DNA from: the human T2T-CHM13v2.0 reference genome, Homo sapiens
Length of the DNA stretch: 64,000 bases
Assembly (NCBI RefSeq): GCF_009914755.1
Contig: NC_060938.1
Strand: one strand, 5' to 3'
Below, in pieces: positions 51,640 through 63,800 of the stretch (the stretch's first letter is position 1; every line of letters starts with the position of its first letter). A program made the position numbers and the translations under genes. Below the pieces are notes generated by a model. It saw only the letters and a program-made list of their open reading frames with translations, did not search any database and had not been told where the DNA came from.

Positions 51640-54399
51640 TGGAATGGGTGCTGAGATTGTGCTACTGCGCTACCACCAGTGTGACAGAGGGAGAATCTGT
51701 CGAAAGATAGGTGTGGAATGGGTTGGAGTTGAGTGGTGTGGAGTGGAGTGCAGTGGAATGGAGTGGAGTGGAGTGGAATGGACTGGAGTGGAGTGGAATG
51801 GAGTGGACTGGAGTGTAATGGAATGGAGTGGAGTGGAATAGAATGGACTGGAGTGGAGTGGAATGGAAAGGAATGGAGTGGAATGGAATGGAATGGAATG
51901 GGTGCTGAGATTGTGCTACTGCACTACATCCTTTGTGACAGAGGGAGATCCTGTTGAAAGATAGGCGTGGAATGGGTTGGAGTAGAGTGGAGTGGAGTGG
52001 AATGGAGTGGACTGCAGTGGAATGGGATGGACTGGAGTGGAATGGAATGGACTGGAGTGGAGTGGAATGGAATGGAGTGGAATGGAATGGAGTGGAGTGT
52101 AATGAAATGGACTGGAGTGGAGTGGAATGGAATGGAGTGGAGAGGAATGGAATGGAATGGGTGCAGAGACTGTGCTACTGCGCTACAGCCTGTGTGACAG
52201 AGGGAGATCCTGTCGAAAGATAGGCGTGGAATGGGTTGCAGTAGAGTGGAGTGGAGTGGAGTGGAGTGGAATGGAGTGGAGTGGAGTGGAATGGAGTGGA
52301 GTGGAATGGAGTGGAATGGAGTGGACTAGAGTGGAATGGAGTGGAGCGGAGTGGAATGGAATGGACTGGAGTGGAGTGGAATGGAATGGACTGGAGTGGA
52401 GTGGATTGGAATGGACTGGAATGGAATGGAGTGGAGTGGAGTGGAATGGAGTGGAATGGACTGGAGTGGAGTGGAATGGATTGGAGTGGAATGGAAAGGA
52501 ATGGAATGGAATGGAGTGGAGTGGAGTGAAATGGAGTGGCGTGGCATCCCGTGGAATGAAATGCGATGGAATGGAAAGGAATGGAAAGGAATGGAATGGA
52601 ATTGAATGGAGGAGTGGAGTGGAGTGGAATTAAGTGGAGTGGAGTGAAGTGCGGTGGAATGGAATGGAATGGAATGGAATGGAATGGAATGGAATGAAGT
52701 GGAGTGGAGAGGAGTGGAAAGGAATGGAGTGCAAAAGAGTGGAATTGAGTGCAGTGGAGTAGAGAGAAGTGCAATATAATGGAATGGAATCAGACATAAT
52801 GGAATGTAGTGCACTGGAGTGGATTGAAATGGAACGGAATGGAATTTAACAGAACGGTACGGAACGGAACGGGATGGGTGCTGAGATTGTGCTACTGCAC
52901 TGCACCCTGTGTGACAGAGGGAGATACTGCAGAAAGAAAGGAGTGGAATGGGATGGAGGGGTTTGGAGTTTAGTGGAGTGGAATGGAGTGGAGTGGAGTG
53001 GAATGGAATGGAGTGGAGTGGAGTGGAATGGAGTGGAGTGGAGAGGAATAGACTGGAGAGGAGTGGAATGGAGTGGAGTGGAATTCAGTGGAGTGGAGTG
53101 GAGTGGAATGGAATGCATTGGAATTGAATGGAATGGAATGGAATGGAATGGAATGGAATGGAATGGAGTTGACTGCAGTGGAGTGGAGTGATGTGGATTG
53201 AAGTAGAATGGAGAGGAATGGAATGAAATGGAATGAAGTGGAGTGGAGTGGGGTGTTGTGGAGTGCAGTGGAATGGAGCGGAATGGAATGGGATGGAGTG
53301 GATGCATTGGAGTGGAGTGCAGTGGAGTGAATGGGAGTGGAATGGAGTGGAATGGAATTGGATGTAGTGGAATGGGATCGGATGTAATGGAATGTACTGG
53401 AGTGGAGTGGAATGGCAACTGAATGGAATGGAATGGAATTGAATTGAAAGGAAAGTAATTGAATGGAATGCAATGGAATGCAATGGGATAGAATGCAAAG
53501 CAATGCAAAGGAAAGTTGACATGTAATGTGAGCTGAGATTGTGCCACTGTACTCCAGCCTGGGTGACAAAGTGATATCCTGTCAAAAGAAAGGAATGGAA
53601 TGCAATGGAGTGAAATGGAAGGGAATGGAAGGGAATGGAATTGAGGGGAGTGGAGTGGAGTGGAGTGGAGTGGATTCGAGTGGAATGGAGTCGAATGGAA
53701 TTGGATGGAGTGGAATGGAATTGAGTGGAGTGGAGTGGAGTGAAATAGAGTGGAACGGAATGGGATGGAATGGAATATAGTGGACTGGTGAAAAGAAATG
53801 TGAGCTGAGATTGTGTCACTGCACTGCAGCCTTAGTGACAAAGTGATATCCTGTGGAAAGAAACGAATAGAACGGAATAAAGTGGAATGGAATGGAATGG
53901 AGTGGAGTGGAGTCGAGCGGAAAGGAGTGGAATGGAATGTGACGGAATAGAATGGCATGGAATATGGTGCAGTGGAGTGGATTGGAGTGGAGTAGAGTGG
54001 AATGGAGTGGAATGGAATGGGATGGAATGGAATGCCATTGAATGCAGTGGATTGGAGTGGATTGGAGGGGCAGAGAGTGGAATGGAGTTGAGTGGAATGG
54101 AATGGAATGGAATGAAAGGAATAGAATAGAATGGAATGGAATGGAATGGAATGGAGTGCAATGGAATGGTGAAATGAAATGTGAGCTGAGTTTCTGCCAT
54201 TGCACGTCAGCCTGGTTGACAGAGTGAGATGCTGTCGAAAGAAAGGAATGGAATGGAATGGAGTGGAGTGGAACGGTGTGGAGTGGAGTGGTGTGGAGAG
54301 GAATGGAGAGGAATGGAATGGTATGGAACAGAATGGAGTGGAGTGGAGGGGAATGGAGTGGACTGGAGTGGAATGGAGTGGAATGGAATGGAATGGAGT

Positions 54400-55690
54400 G
54401 AAGTGCAGTGGAGTGGAGTTAATGGAATGGAATGGAATGGTATAGCGATATGAAATGTAAGCTGAGATTCTGCCACTGTACTCCAGAATGGGTGACAGAG
54501 TGTCATCCTATCGAATGTAAGCAATGGAACAGAGTGGAGTGGAGTGGAAGGGAATGGAGTGGAGAGGCATGGAATGGAATGGCGTGGAGAAGAGTGGATG
54601 GGATTGGAGTGGAATGGAATGGGATGGAATCGAATGGAATGAAGTGGAGGAGAGTGGAGTGGAGTGTTAGGGAGAGGAGTGGAGTGGTATGGAATTGGAT
54701 GGAATTGAATGGAGTGGAGTGGAGTGGGATGGAGAGGAGTGGAGTAGAGTGAAGTGGAATGGAATGAAATTGAATGGAATGGAGTCGAGGGGAGTGGAGC
54801 GGAGTGCACTGGAGTGGAATGGAATGTAGTGGAATGGAATGGAATGGAAAAGAAGGTAATGGAATAGAATGGAATGATGAAATAAAATATGAGCTGAGAC
54901 TGTAACACTGCACTGCAGCCTGTTGGAAAGAGTGAAATACTGTCGAAAGAAAGGAATGGAATGCAAAGGTGTGGAATAGAATGGAATGGAATGGAATGGA
55001 TTGGAGTGGAGTGGAATGGAGTGGAGTACAGTGGAGTGGAGTGGAGTGGAGTACAGTGGAATGCAGTGGAATGGAATGGAATGGAGTGGAGTGCAGTGGA
55101 GTGGAGTTAATGGAATGGAATGGAATAGCGAAATGAAATGTAAGCTGAGATTCTGCCACTGTACTCCAGAATGGGTGACAGAGTGTCAACCTGTCGAATG
55201 TAAGCAATGGAACAGAGTGGAGTGGAGTGGAAGGGAATGGAGTGGAGAGGCATGGAATGGAATGGAGTGGAGAAGAGTGGACGGGATTGGAGTGGAATGG
55301 AATGGAATGGGATGGAATCGAATGGAATGAAGTGGAGGGGAGTGGAGTGTTTAGGAGAGGAGTGGAGTGGTATGGAATTGGATGGAATTGAATGGAGTGG
55401 AGTGGAGTGGGATGGAGAGGAGTGGAGTAGCGTGAAGTGGAATGGAATGAAATTGAATGGAATGGAGTCAAGGGGAGTGGAGCAGAGTGCAGTGGAGTGG
55501 AATGGAATGTAGTGGAATGGAATTGAATGGAATGGAATGGAAAAGAAGGTAATGGAATAGAATGGAATGATGAAATGAAATATGAGCTGAGATTCTAACA
55601 CGGCACTGCAGCCAGTTGGAAAGAGTGAAATACTGTTGAAAGAAAGGAATGGAATGCAAAGGTGTGGAATGGAATGGAATGGAATGGAAT
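54400..55690 (+). repeat. Tandem duplication of a two-cassette unit, period about 683-693 bp
   Basis: Cassette pairs 54457/55140 (TAAGCTGAGATTCTGCCACTGTACTCCAGAATGGG...TCGAATGTAAGC) and 54889/55582 (...TTGGAAAGAGTGAAATACTGT) share private variants and spacer sequence. Confidence 0.88.
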
Positions 55691-58600
55691 GGAATGGATT
55701 GGAGTGGAGTGGAGTGGAGTACAGTGGAATGGAGTGGAATGGAATGGGATGGAGTGGAATGGAGTGGAGTGGATTGGAATGGTATTGTATGGAATGGAAT
55801 GGAATGGAATGGAATGGAATGGAATGGAATGGAATGGAATGGAACGCAGTGGAGTGGAGTGGAGTTCACAGGAGTGGAATGGAATTGGATGGAATGGAAT
55901 TGAATGGATTGGAATGGAATGGAAAGCAATGAAATGGAATGCAATGGAATGGAATGCAATGGTGAAATGAAGTGTGAACTCAGATAGTGCCACCATACTC
56001 CAGCCTGGGTGACAGAGTGATATCTTGTCAAAAGAAAGGAATGGAATGGAATGGAATGGAGTGAAATGGAAAGGAATGGAATGGAATGGAATGGAGTGGA
56101 GTGTAGTGGAATGGAGTGGAATGGAGTGGAATGGACTGGGATTGAGTGGAAGGAATGGAGTGGAGTGGAGAGGAATGGAGTGAAATGGAATGGGATGGAA
56201 TGGAATGGAGTGGAGTGGATTGGAGTGAAGTGGAATGCTGTGGAGTTGATTGGAGTGGAGTGGAATGGAGTGGAATGCAATGGAATGGAATTGTATGGAA
56301 TGGAGGGGAGAGGAGGGGATTGGAGTGGAATGGAATGGAGTGGAGTGGGATGGAATGGAATGGAAAGGAAAGGAATATAATGGAATGGTGAAATAAAATG
56401 TGAGCTGAGATTGTGCCACTGTATTCCAGCCTTTTTTGACACAGTGATATCCTGTCGAAAGAAGAGAATGGAACAGAATGGGGTGGAATGGAATGGAATG
56501 GAATGGAATGGAATCGAATGGAATGGAATGGAGTGGAATGGAGTTTAGTAGAGTGGAATGGAATGGAGTGGAGTGGAGTGGAGTGGAAAGGAATGGAGAG
56601 GAGTAGAGTGGAATGGAATGGAATGGTATGGAATGGATTGGAATGGAATGGAGGAATTAAATGTGAGCTAAGATGGCGCCACCGCACTCCAGTCTGTGTG
56701 ACAGAGTGAGATCCATTCAAAATAAAGGAATGGAATGGAGTAGAATGGAATGACTGGAGTGGCGTGACGCGGAGTGGAGTGGAGAGGAGAGGAGTGGAGT
56801 GGAGAGGAGCGGAGTGGAGTGGAGCGGAATGGAATGGAATTGTGAAATGAAATGTGAGCTGAGATTTTGCCATCACACTCCATCCTGGGTGACAGAGTGA
56901 TATCCTGTCGAAAGAAAATATTGGAATGGAATGGAGTGGAATGGGATGTAATAGAATGGAGTAGAGTGGAGTGGAGTGGAGTGGAGTGGAATGGAATGGA
57001 ATGGAAAGAAATGGAATGGGGAAATGAAATGTGAGCTGAGATTGTACCACTGCACTACAGCCTGGGTGACAGAGTGAGATCCTGTCGAAAGAAAATATTG
57101 GAATGGAATGGAGTGCAATGGAATGGAATAGAGTGGAGTGGAGAGGAAAGGAGTGGAATGGAATGAGATGGAATGAAATGGAGTGGAGTGGAGTGGGGTA
57201 GAGTGGAGTGGAGTGGCATAGAGTGGAGTGGAATGGAGTGGAATGGAGTGGAGCGGAAAGAAATGTAGAGGAGTGGAGTGGAATGGAATGGAATGGAATG
57301 GAATGGAATGGAATGGAATGGAATGGAATGGAGTGGTCAAAAGAAATATGTGTTGAGATTGTGCCACTGCGCTACAGCCTGTGTGACAGAGGGAGAACCG
57401 GACGAAAGAAAGGAGTGGAATGGAAGGGATTAGAATGGAATGGAATGGATTGGAGCGGAGTGGATTGGAATGGAATAGAGTGGATTGGAGTGCAGTGGAA
57501 TGGAATGGCATGGAATGGAATGGAATCGTGAAATGAAATGTGAGCTGAGATTGTGCACTGCACTCCAGCATGGGTGACAGAGTGAATTCCTGTCGAAAGA
57601 AAGGAATGCAAAGGAGTGGATTTAGAAGGGAATGCAATGTAATTTAATGGAGTGGAGTGGAATGGAGTGGAGTGGAGTGGAAAGGAGTGGAATGGAATGG
57701 GATGACATGGAAAGGATTGGAGTGGACTGGAATGGAGTGGATTGCAGTGGAGTGGAATGTATTGGATTGGAGTGGAGTGAAGTGGAGTGGAATGGAATGC
57801 AATGGATTGGAATGGAAAGGAATGGAATGGAAAGGTGAAATGAAATGTGAGCTGAGATTGTGCCACTGTGCTCCAGGTGGGTGAAAGAGTGAGATACACT
57901 CAAAAGAATGGAATGGAATGGAATGCAGAAGAATGGAATGCAACGGAATGGAATGGAATGGAATGGAATGGAGTGGACTGGAGTGCAGTGGAGTGGAGAG
58001 GGGTGAAGTGGAGTGCAGTGGAATGGAGTGGAATAGAATGGGATGGAGTGGAATGGAGTGGAGTGGAAAGGAGAGGAATGGAGTGGAATGGAATCGGATG
58101 CAATGGAATGTAGTGGAGTGGAGTGGAATGGATTGGAATGGAATGCAAAGGAATGCAATGCAATAGAATGCAATGCAAAAGAAAGTTGACATGTAATGTG
58201 CACTGAGATTGTGCCACTGCACTCCAGCCTGTGTGACACAGTGATATCCTTTCGAAAGAAAGGGATGAAATGCAATGGAGTGAAAGGTAATGAAATGGAA
58301 TGGAATGGAGTGGAGGAAAATGGAGTGCAGTGGAATGGAATGGAGTCAAATGGAATGGGAAGGAGTGGAATGGAATGGAGTAAAGTGGAGTGGAGTGAAA
58401 TAAAGTGGAAGGGAATGGAATGGAATGGAATGGAATGGAATGGAATGGAATAGAATGGAATGGAATGGTGAAAAGAAATATGAGCTGAGATTGTGCCACT
58501 GCACTCAGGCTTTGTGACAGAGGGAGATCCTATGGAAAGAAAGTAATGGAATGGAACGGAGTATAATGGAATGGAATGAAGTGGAGTGGAGTGGAGTGGA

Positions 58601-59480
58601 TTGGAGTGGAGTAGAGTGGAATCAAGTGGAATGGAATGGGATGGAATGGAATATCATGGAGTGCAGTGGAGTGGAGTGGATTGGAGTGGAGTAGAGTGGA
58701 ATGCAGTGGAGTGGATTGGAGTGGATTAGAGTGGAATGCAGTGGAGTGGAATGGAATGGAATGGAAAAAAATGGAATGGAATGGAATGGAATGGAATGCA
58801 AAGGGATGGAATGCAATGGAATGGTGAAATGAAATGTGAGCCTAGTTTGTGCCACTGCATGCCAGCCTGGGTGAGAGTGAGATGCTGTCAAAAGAAAGGA
58901 ATGGAATGGAATTCAGTGGAGTATAGCAGAGTGGAGTGGAGTCGTATGGAGTGGAATGGAGTGGAATGGAATGCGATGGAATGGAATGAAGTGGAGTGGA
59001 GATGAAAGCAGTGGACTGGAATGGAATGTAGTGGAATGGAATGGAATGAAGTGGAGTAGAGTGCAGTGGAGAGGGGTGAAGTGGAAACGAATGGAATGGA
59101 CTGGAATGGAGTGGAGTGGAGTGGAATGGAATGGATTGGAGTGGAGTGGAGTGGAATGGAATGGACTGGAATGGAGTGGAGTGGAGTGGAATGGAATGGA
59201 TTGGAGTGGAGTGGAGAGGAATGGAATGGAATGGAATGGAATGCAATGGAATGGAATGGAATGGAATGGAGGGGAGTGGAGTGGAGGGGAATGGAGTGGA
59301 ATGGAATGGAATGGAATGGAATGGAATGGAAAGGAATGGGATGGAATGGAATAGTGAAATGAAATGTGAGCTGAGATTCTGCCACTGCACTCCAGACTCG
59401 GTGACAGAGTGAGATCCTGTCGAATGTAAGGAATGGAAAGGAATAGAGTGGAGTGGAAAGGAATGGAATGGAATAAAATT

Positions 59481-59680
59481 GAATGGAATGGAATGGAATG
59501 GAATGGCATGGAATGGAATGGAATGGAATGGAATGGAATGGAATGGAATGGCATGGCATGGAATGGAATGGAATGGCATGGAATGGAATGGAATGGCATG
59601 GAATGGAATGGCATGGAATGGAATGGAATGGCATGGAATGGAATGGAATGGCATGGAATGGCATGGAATGGAATGGAATG
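59481..59680 (+). repeat. Homogeneous (GGAAT/GGCAT)n microsatellite tract
   Basis: About 40 consecutive pentamers made only of GGAAT and GGCAT, with no GGAGT. Confidence 0.9.
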
Positions 59681-60811
59681 GAGTGGAATTGGGAGGAGTG
59701 GAGTGGAGTGGAATTGAACGGAATGGGATGGAATCGAATGGAATGAAGTGGAGGGGAGTGGAGGGGAGTCGAGTGGAGAGAAGGGACGAGGAGTGGAAAG
59801 GAATGGTATTGGATGAAATGGAATGGAGTGGAGTCGATTTTGGTGACGAAGAGTGGAGCAGAGTGGAATGGAATGGAATGGAATGAAGTGGAGAGGAGTA
59901 GAGTGGATTGTGGTGGCATGGAATGGAATATAATGGAATGGAAAGGAAAGGAATGGAATAGAATGGAATGATGAAATGAAATATGAGCTGAGATTGTGCC
60001 ACTGCACTCCGGCCTGGGTTACAGAGTGAGATCCTGTCGAAGGAAAGAAGTGGAATGGAATATAATGAATTGGAGTGGAGTGGAGTGCAGTTGAGTGGAG
60101 TGCAGTATAGTGGAATGGAATGGGATGGAATGGAATGGAGTGGAGCGGAAAGAAGTGGGGTGGAGTGGAATGGAATTGAAAGGAATGGAATGGAGTGCAA
60201 TGTAGTGGAGTGGATTGGAATGCATAGGAGTGGAATGGAATGGGATGGAATGGAATTGAAAGAAATATAATGGAATGGAATGCAATGGAATGGAATGGGA
60301 AATGAAATGTGAGCTGAGATAGTGCCACTGCACCAGACCCTGGGTGACAGAGTGAGACCCTGTCAAAAGAAAGGAATGGAATTGAATGGAGTGGAATGGA
60401 ATGGAGTGGAATGGAGTGGACTGGAGTGGAGTGGAGTGGTGTGGAGTGGAGTGGACTGGATTTGAGTGCAGTTGAGTGGAATGGAGTGGAGTGGAATGGA
60501 ATATGATGGAGTGGAATGTAAAGGAGTGGAGAGGAGTGGTGTGGAGTGGAGTGGAATGGAATTGAGTGGAATTCAAGGGATGGAATGGAATGGAGTGGAG
60601 TGGAGTGGAGTGGAGTGCAGTGGAGTGCAATGGAATGGAATGGAGGGGAATGTAATGGATTGCAGAGGAGTGCATTAGAGTGGAGTGGAATGGATTGGAA
60701 TGGGAAAGGATGGAATAGAATGGAATGGAATTGAACGGAAAGGAATGGAATAGAATGGAATGGAATGGAATCATGAAATGAAATGATAGCTGAGATTATG
60801 GCACTTCACTC

Positions 60812-60876
60812 CATCCTCCAGGATGAATCCCATGGATTCCATTCCATTCCTTTGACAGAAAGGAATGGAATGGAAT
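60812..60876. repeat. Chained inverted repeats replacing the 3' half of a cassette, including an 18-bp perfect stem with a 5-nt loop
   Basis: CATCCT-CC-AGGATG (60812-60825); GAATCC-CAT-GGATTC (60825-60839); ATTCCATTCCATTCCTTT-GACAG-AAAGGAATGGAATGGAAT (60836-60876). Confidence 0.88.
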
Positions 60877-63800
60877 GGAGTGGAATGTAATGGAGGATAA
60901 TGCAGTGGAGTGGAATGGAGTGGAATGGAGCAGAATGGAAAGAGATGGGATGGAGTGGAATGGGAGGGACTGGAATAGAATGGGATGGAGTGGAATGGAG
61001 TGGAGTGGAGTGGAGTGGAGTGAAATGGAATGGAATGGAATGGAATGGAATGGAATAGAATGGACTGGAATGGAGTGGAATAGAGTGGAGTGGAGAGGAG
61101 TGGAATGGAATGGAATGGAATGGAATAAAATGGAATGGAATAGAATGGTCAAATGTAATCTGAGCTGAGATTGTGCCACTGCACTCCATCCTGGGTGACA
61201 GAGTGAGATCCAATCGAAAGAAAGGAATGGAACGGATTGGAGTGGAATGGAATGGAATGGAATGGAATGGAATGGAATGGAATGGAGTGGGGTGGAGAGG
61301 AATAGAGTGGAATGCGATGGGATGGGATGGAATGGAGTGTAGTGGACTGGAGTGGAGTGGAATGGAGTGGATTCGAATGGAAGGGAGTGGAACGGAATGG
61401 GATGGAATGGATTGGAATGGAATGGAATGGAGTGGAGTGGAGTAGGGTGGAAAGGAATGGGATGGAGTGGAGTGGAGTGGAATGGAATGGAATGAAATGA
61501 AATTGAATTCAATGGTGAAATGAAATGTGAGGTGATATTGTGCCACTGCATTCCAGCCTGGGTGACAGAGTAAGATGCTCTCGAAAGAAAGAATGGAATG
61601 GAATCAAGTGGAATGGAATGGATTGGAATGCAGTGGAGTGGAGTGGAATAGGGTACAACGGAATGTGATGGAGTGGAATGGAGTGGAGTGGAGTTTAGCG
61701 GAGGGGAGTGGAGTGGAGTGGAATTGAGTGGAATGGAAAGGGATGGAATGGAATGGAATGGTGAGGAGTGGAGTGGAGGGCAGTTGAGTGGAGTGGAGTG
61801 GGGAGGAATGGAACGGAATGGAAGGGAGTGAAGTGGAGTGGAGTATAGAGGAATGGAGTGGAATGGAATGGGATGGAATGGAATTGAGTGGAGTGGAGGG
61901 GATTGGAGTTCACAGAAGTGGAATGGAATGGGATGGAATGAAATTGAATGGAATGAAATGCAATGGAATGCAAAGGAATGGAATGCAATGGAATGGAATG
62001 CAATGGAATGCAATGGAATGCAATGGAATGGAATGCAATGGAATGAAATGGAATGGAATGCAATGGAATGAAATGGAATGGAATGCATTGGAATACAAAG
62101 GAATGAATGGTGAAATTAAATGTGAGCTAAGATAGTGTCACTGCACTCCAGCCAGGGTGACACAGTGAGATCCTGTCAAAAGAAAGGAATGGAATGGAAT
62201 GGAGTTAAATGGAATGGAATGGAATCGAATGGAGTGGTGTGAAGTGGGTGGAAAGGAGTGGAATGGAGTGGAATTGAATGGGATGGATTGGAAGGAAATG
62301 GAGTAGACTGGATTGGAGTGGAGAGGAATGGAGTGAAATGGAATGGGATGGAATGGAAAGGAGTGCAGTGGAGTGGAGTGGAGTTTATTGGAGTGGAGTG
62401 GAATGGAGTGGAATGGTATGGTATGGAATGGATTGCAATGGAATGGAATGGAATAAAAAAGAGGGGAGTAGAGTGGAGTGGAAATGAGTGGAGTGTAATG
62501 GAATGAAATGAAATGGAATGGAATGCAATTGAATAGTGAAAGAAATGTGAGCTGAGATTGTGCCACATTATTACAGCCTTTTTTGACACAGTGAGATCCT
62601 GTCAAAGGGAAGGAATGGAATGGAATGTGTTGGAATGGAATGGAGTGCAATGGAATGGGACGGAAAGGAATGGGATGGGATGGAATGGAATGGAATGGAA
62701 TGGAATGGAATGGAATGGAATGGAATGGAATGGAATGGTGAAATAAAATGTGAGCTAAGATTGTGCCACTACACTCCAGTCTGGGTGACAGAGTGAGATC
62801 CAGTCGAAATAAAGGAACGGAATGGAATGTGGTAGAATGGAATGGAGTGGAGTGGAGTGGAGTCGAGTGGAATGGACTGGAGTGGAGTGGAGTGGAATAG
62901 AATGGAGAGGAGTAGAGTGGAATTGAATGGAATGAAGTGGAATGGAATGGAGTGGAGAAGAATGGAATGGAGTGGAGTGGAATGGAGTGGAGAGGAGAGA
63001 AGTGCAGGGGAATGGAGTGGAATACAGTGGAATGGAGTGTAACGGAATGGAGTGGAGTGGAATGGAGTAGGGTGGAGTGGAGTAGAGTGTAATGGGATGG
63101 CGTGGAGTGGAGTGGAATGTAATGGAGTTACATGGAATGGAATGGAGTGGAGTGGAGTGGAGTGAAATGCAATGGAGTGGAATGCAGTGGAATATAATGG
63201 AATGGAATGGAATGGAGGAATGAAATGTGAGCTAAGATTTTGACACTGCCCTCTGGTCTGTGTGACAGTGTGAGATCCATTCGAAATAAAGGAATGGAAT
63301 GGAATGGAGTAGAATCGAATAAAATGGAGTGGAGGGGATTGGAGTGGAGTGGAGTGGAGTGGAATGGAACGGAATGGAGGGGAATGAAATTCAATGGAAT
63401 GGAATGAATGGAATGGAATGGAATGGAGTGGAATGAAGTAGAGTGGAGTGGGGTGGAAAGGAATGGGATGGATTGGAGTGGAGTGGAATAGAATGGAATG
63501 AAATGGAGTGGAGTGGAGTTGAATGGAGAGGAGTGGAATGGAATGGAATGGAATGAAATTGAATGCAGTGGTGAAATGAAATGTGAGGTGATATTGTGCC
63601 ACCGAACTCCAGCCTGTGTGACAGAGTGAGATCCTCTCAAAAGAAAGGAATGGAATGGAATGGAGTGGAGTGGAATGGAATGGAATGGAATGCAGTGGAG
63701 TGGAGTGGAAAAGAGTGGAATGGAATGCGGTGGAGTGGAATGGAATGGAGTGGAGTGGAGTTTAGTGGAGTGGGGTGGAGTGGAATTGAGTGGAATGGAA

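Larger units (their letters stand above)
35624..52939 (+). repeat. Composite satellite, type I: 27 copies of a 64-bp Alu-3'-end cassette separated by pentamer spacers
   Basis: Consensus GGGTGCTGAGATTGTGCCACTGCGCTACAGCCTGTGTGACAGAGGGAGATCCTGTCGAAAGAAA, homologous to the Alu right-arm end GTGAGCCGAGATCGCGCCACTGCACTCCAGCCTGGGCGACAGAGCGAGAC. Approximate starts: 35624, 36397, 37248, 37762, 38131, 38880, 39394, 40654, 41016, 42298, 42631, 43540, 44697, 46078, 46332, 46717, 47269, 47583, 47807, 48681, 50070, 50379, 51112, 51646, 51900, 52159, 52876. Confidence 0.92.
53528..63646 (+). repeat. Composite satellite, type II: 29 copies of the ~64-bp Alu-3'-end cassette, closer to Alu consensus
   Basis: Consensus GTGAGCTGAGATTGTGCCACTGCACTCCAGCCTGGGTGACAGAGTGAGATCCTGTCGAAAGAAA, usually preceded by GGTGAAATGAAAT. 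Approximate starts: 53528, 53800, 54181, 54457, 54889, 55140, 55582, 55974, 56400, 56663, 56854, 57031, 57348, 57540, 57847, 58198, 58480, 58836, 59366, 59983, 60309, 60785 (broken), 61160, 61527, 62122, 62547, 62750, 63227, 63583. Confidence 0.93.

Noticed and set aside
35624-63646. CRISPR-like pattern of conserved repeats with variable spacers
   Set aside because: The repeats are diverged 64-bp Alu fragments, the spacers are satellite of very uneven length rather than unique sequence, there are no cas genes, and the DNA is primate.
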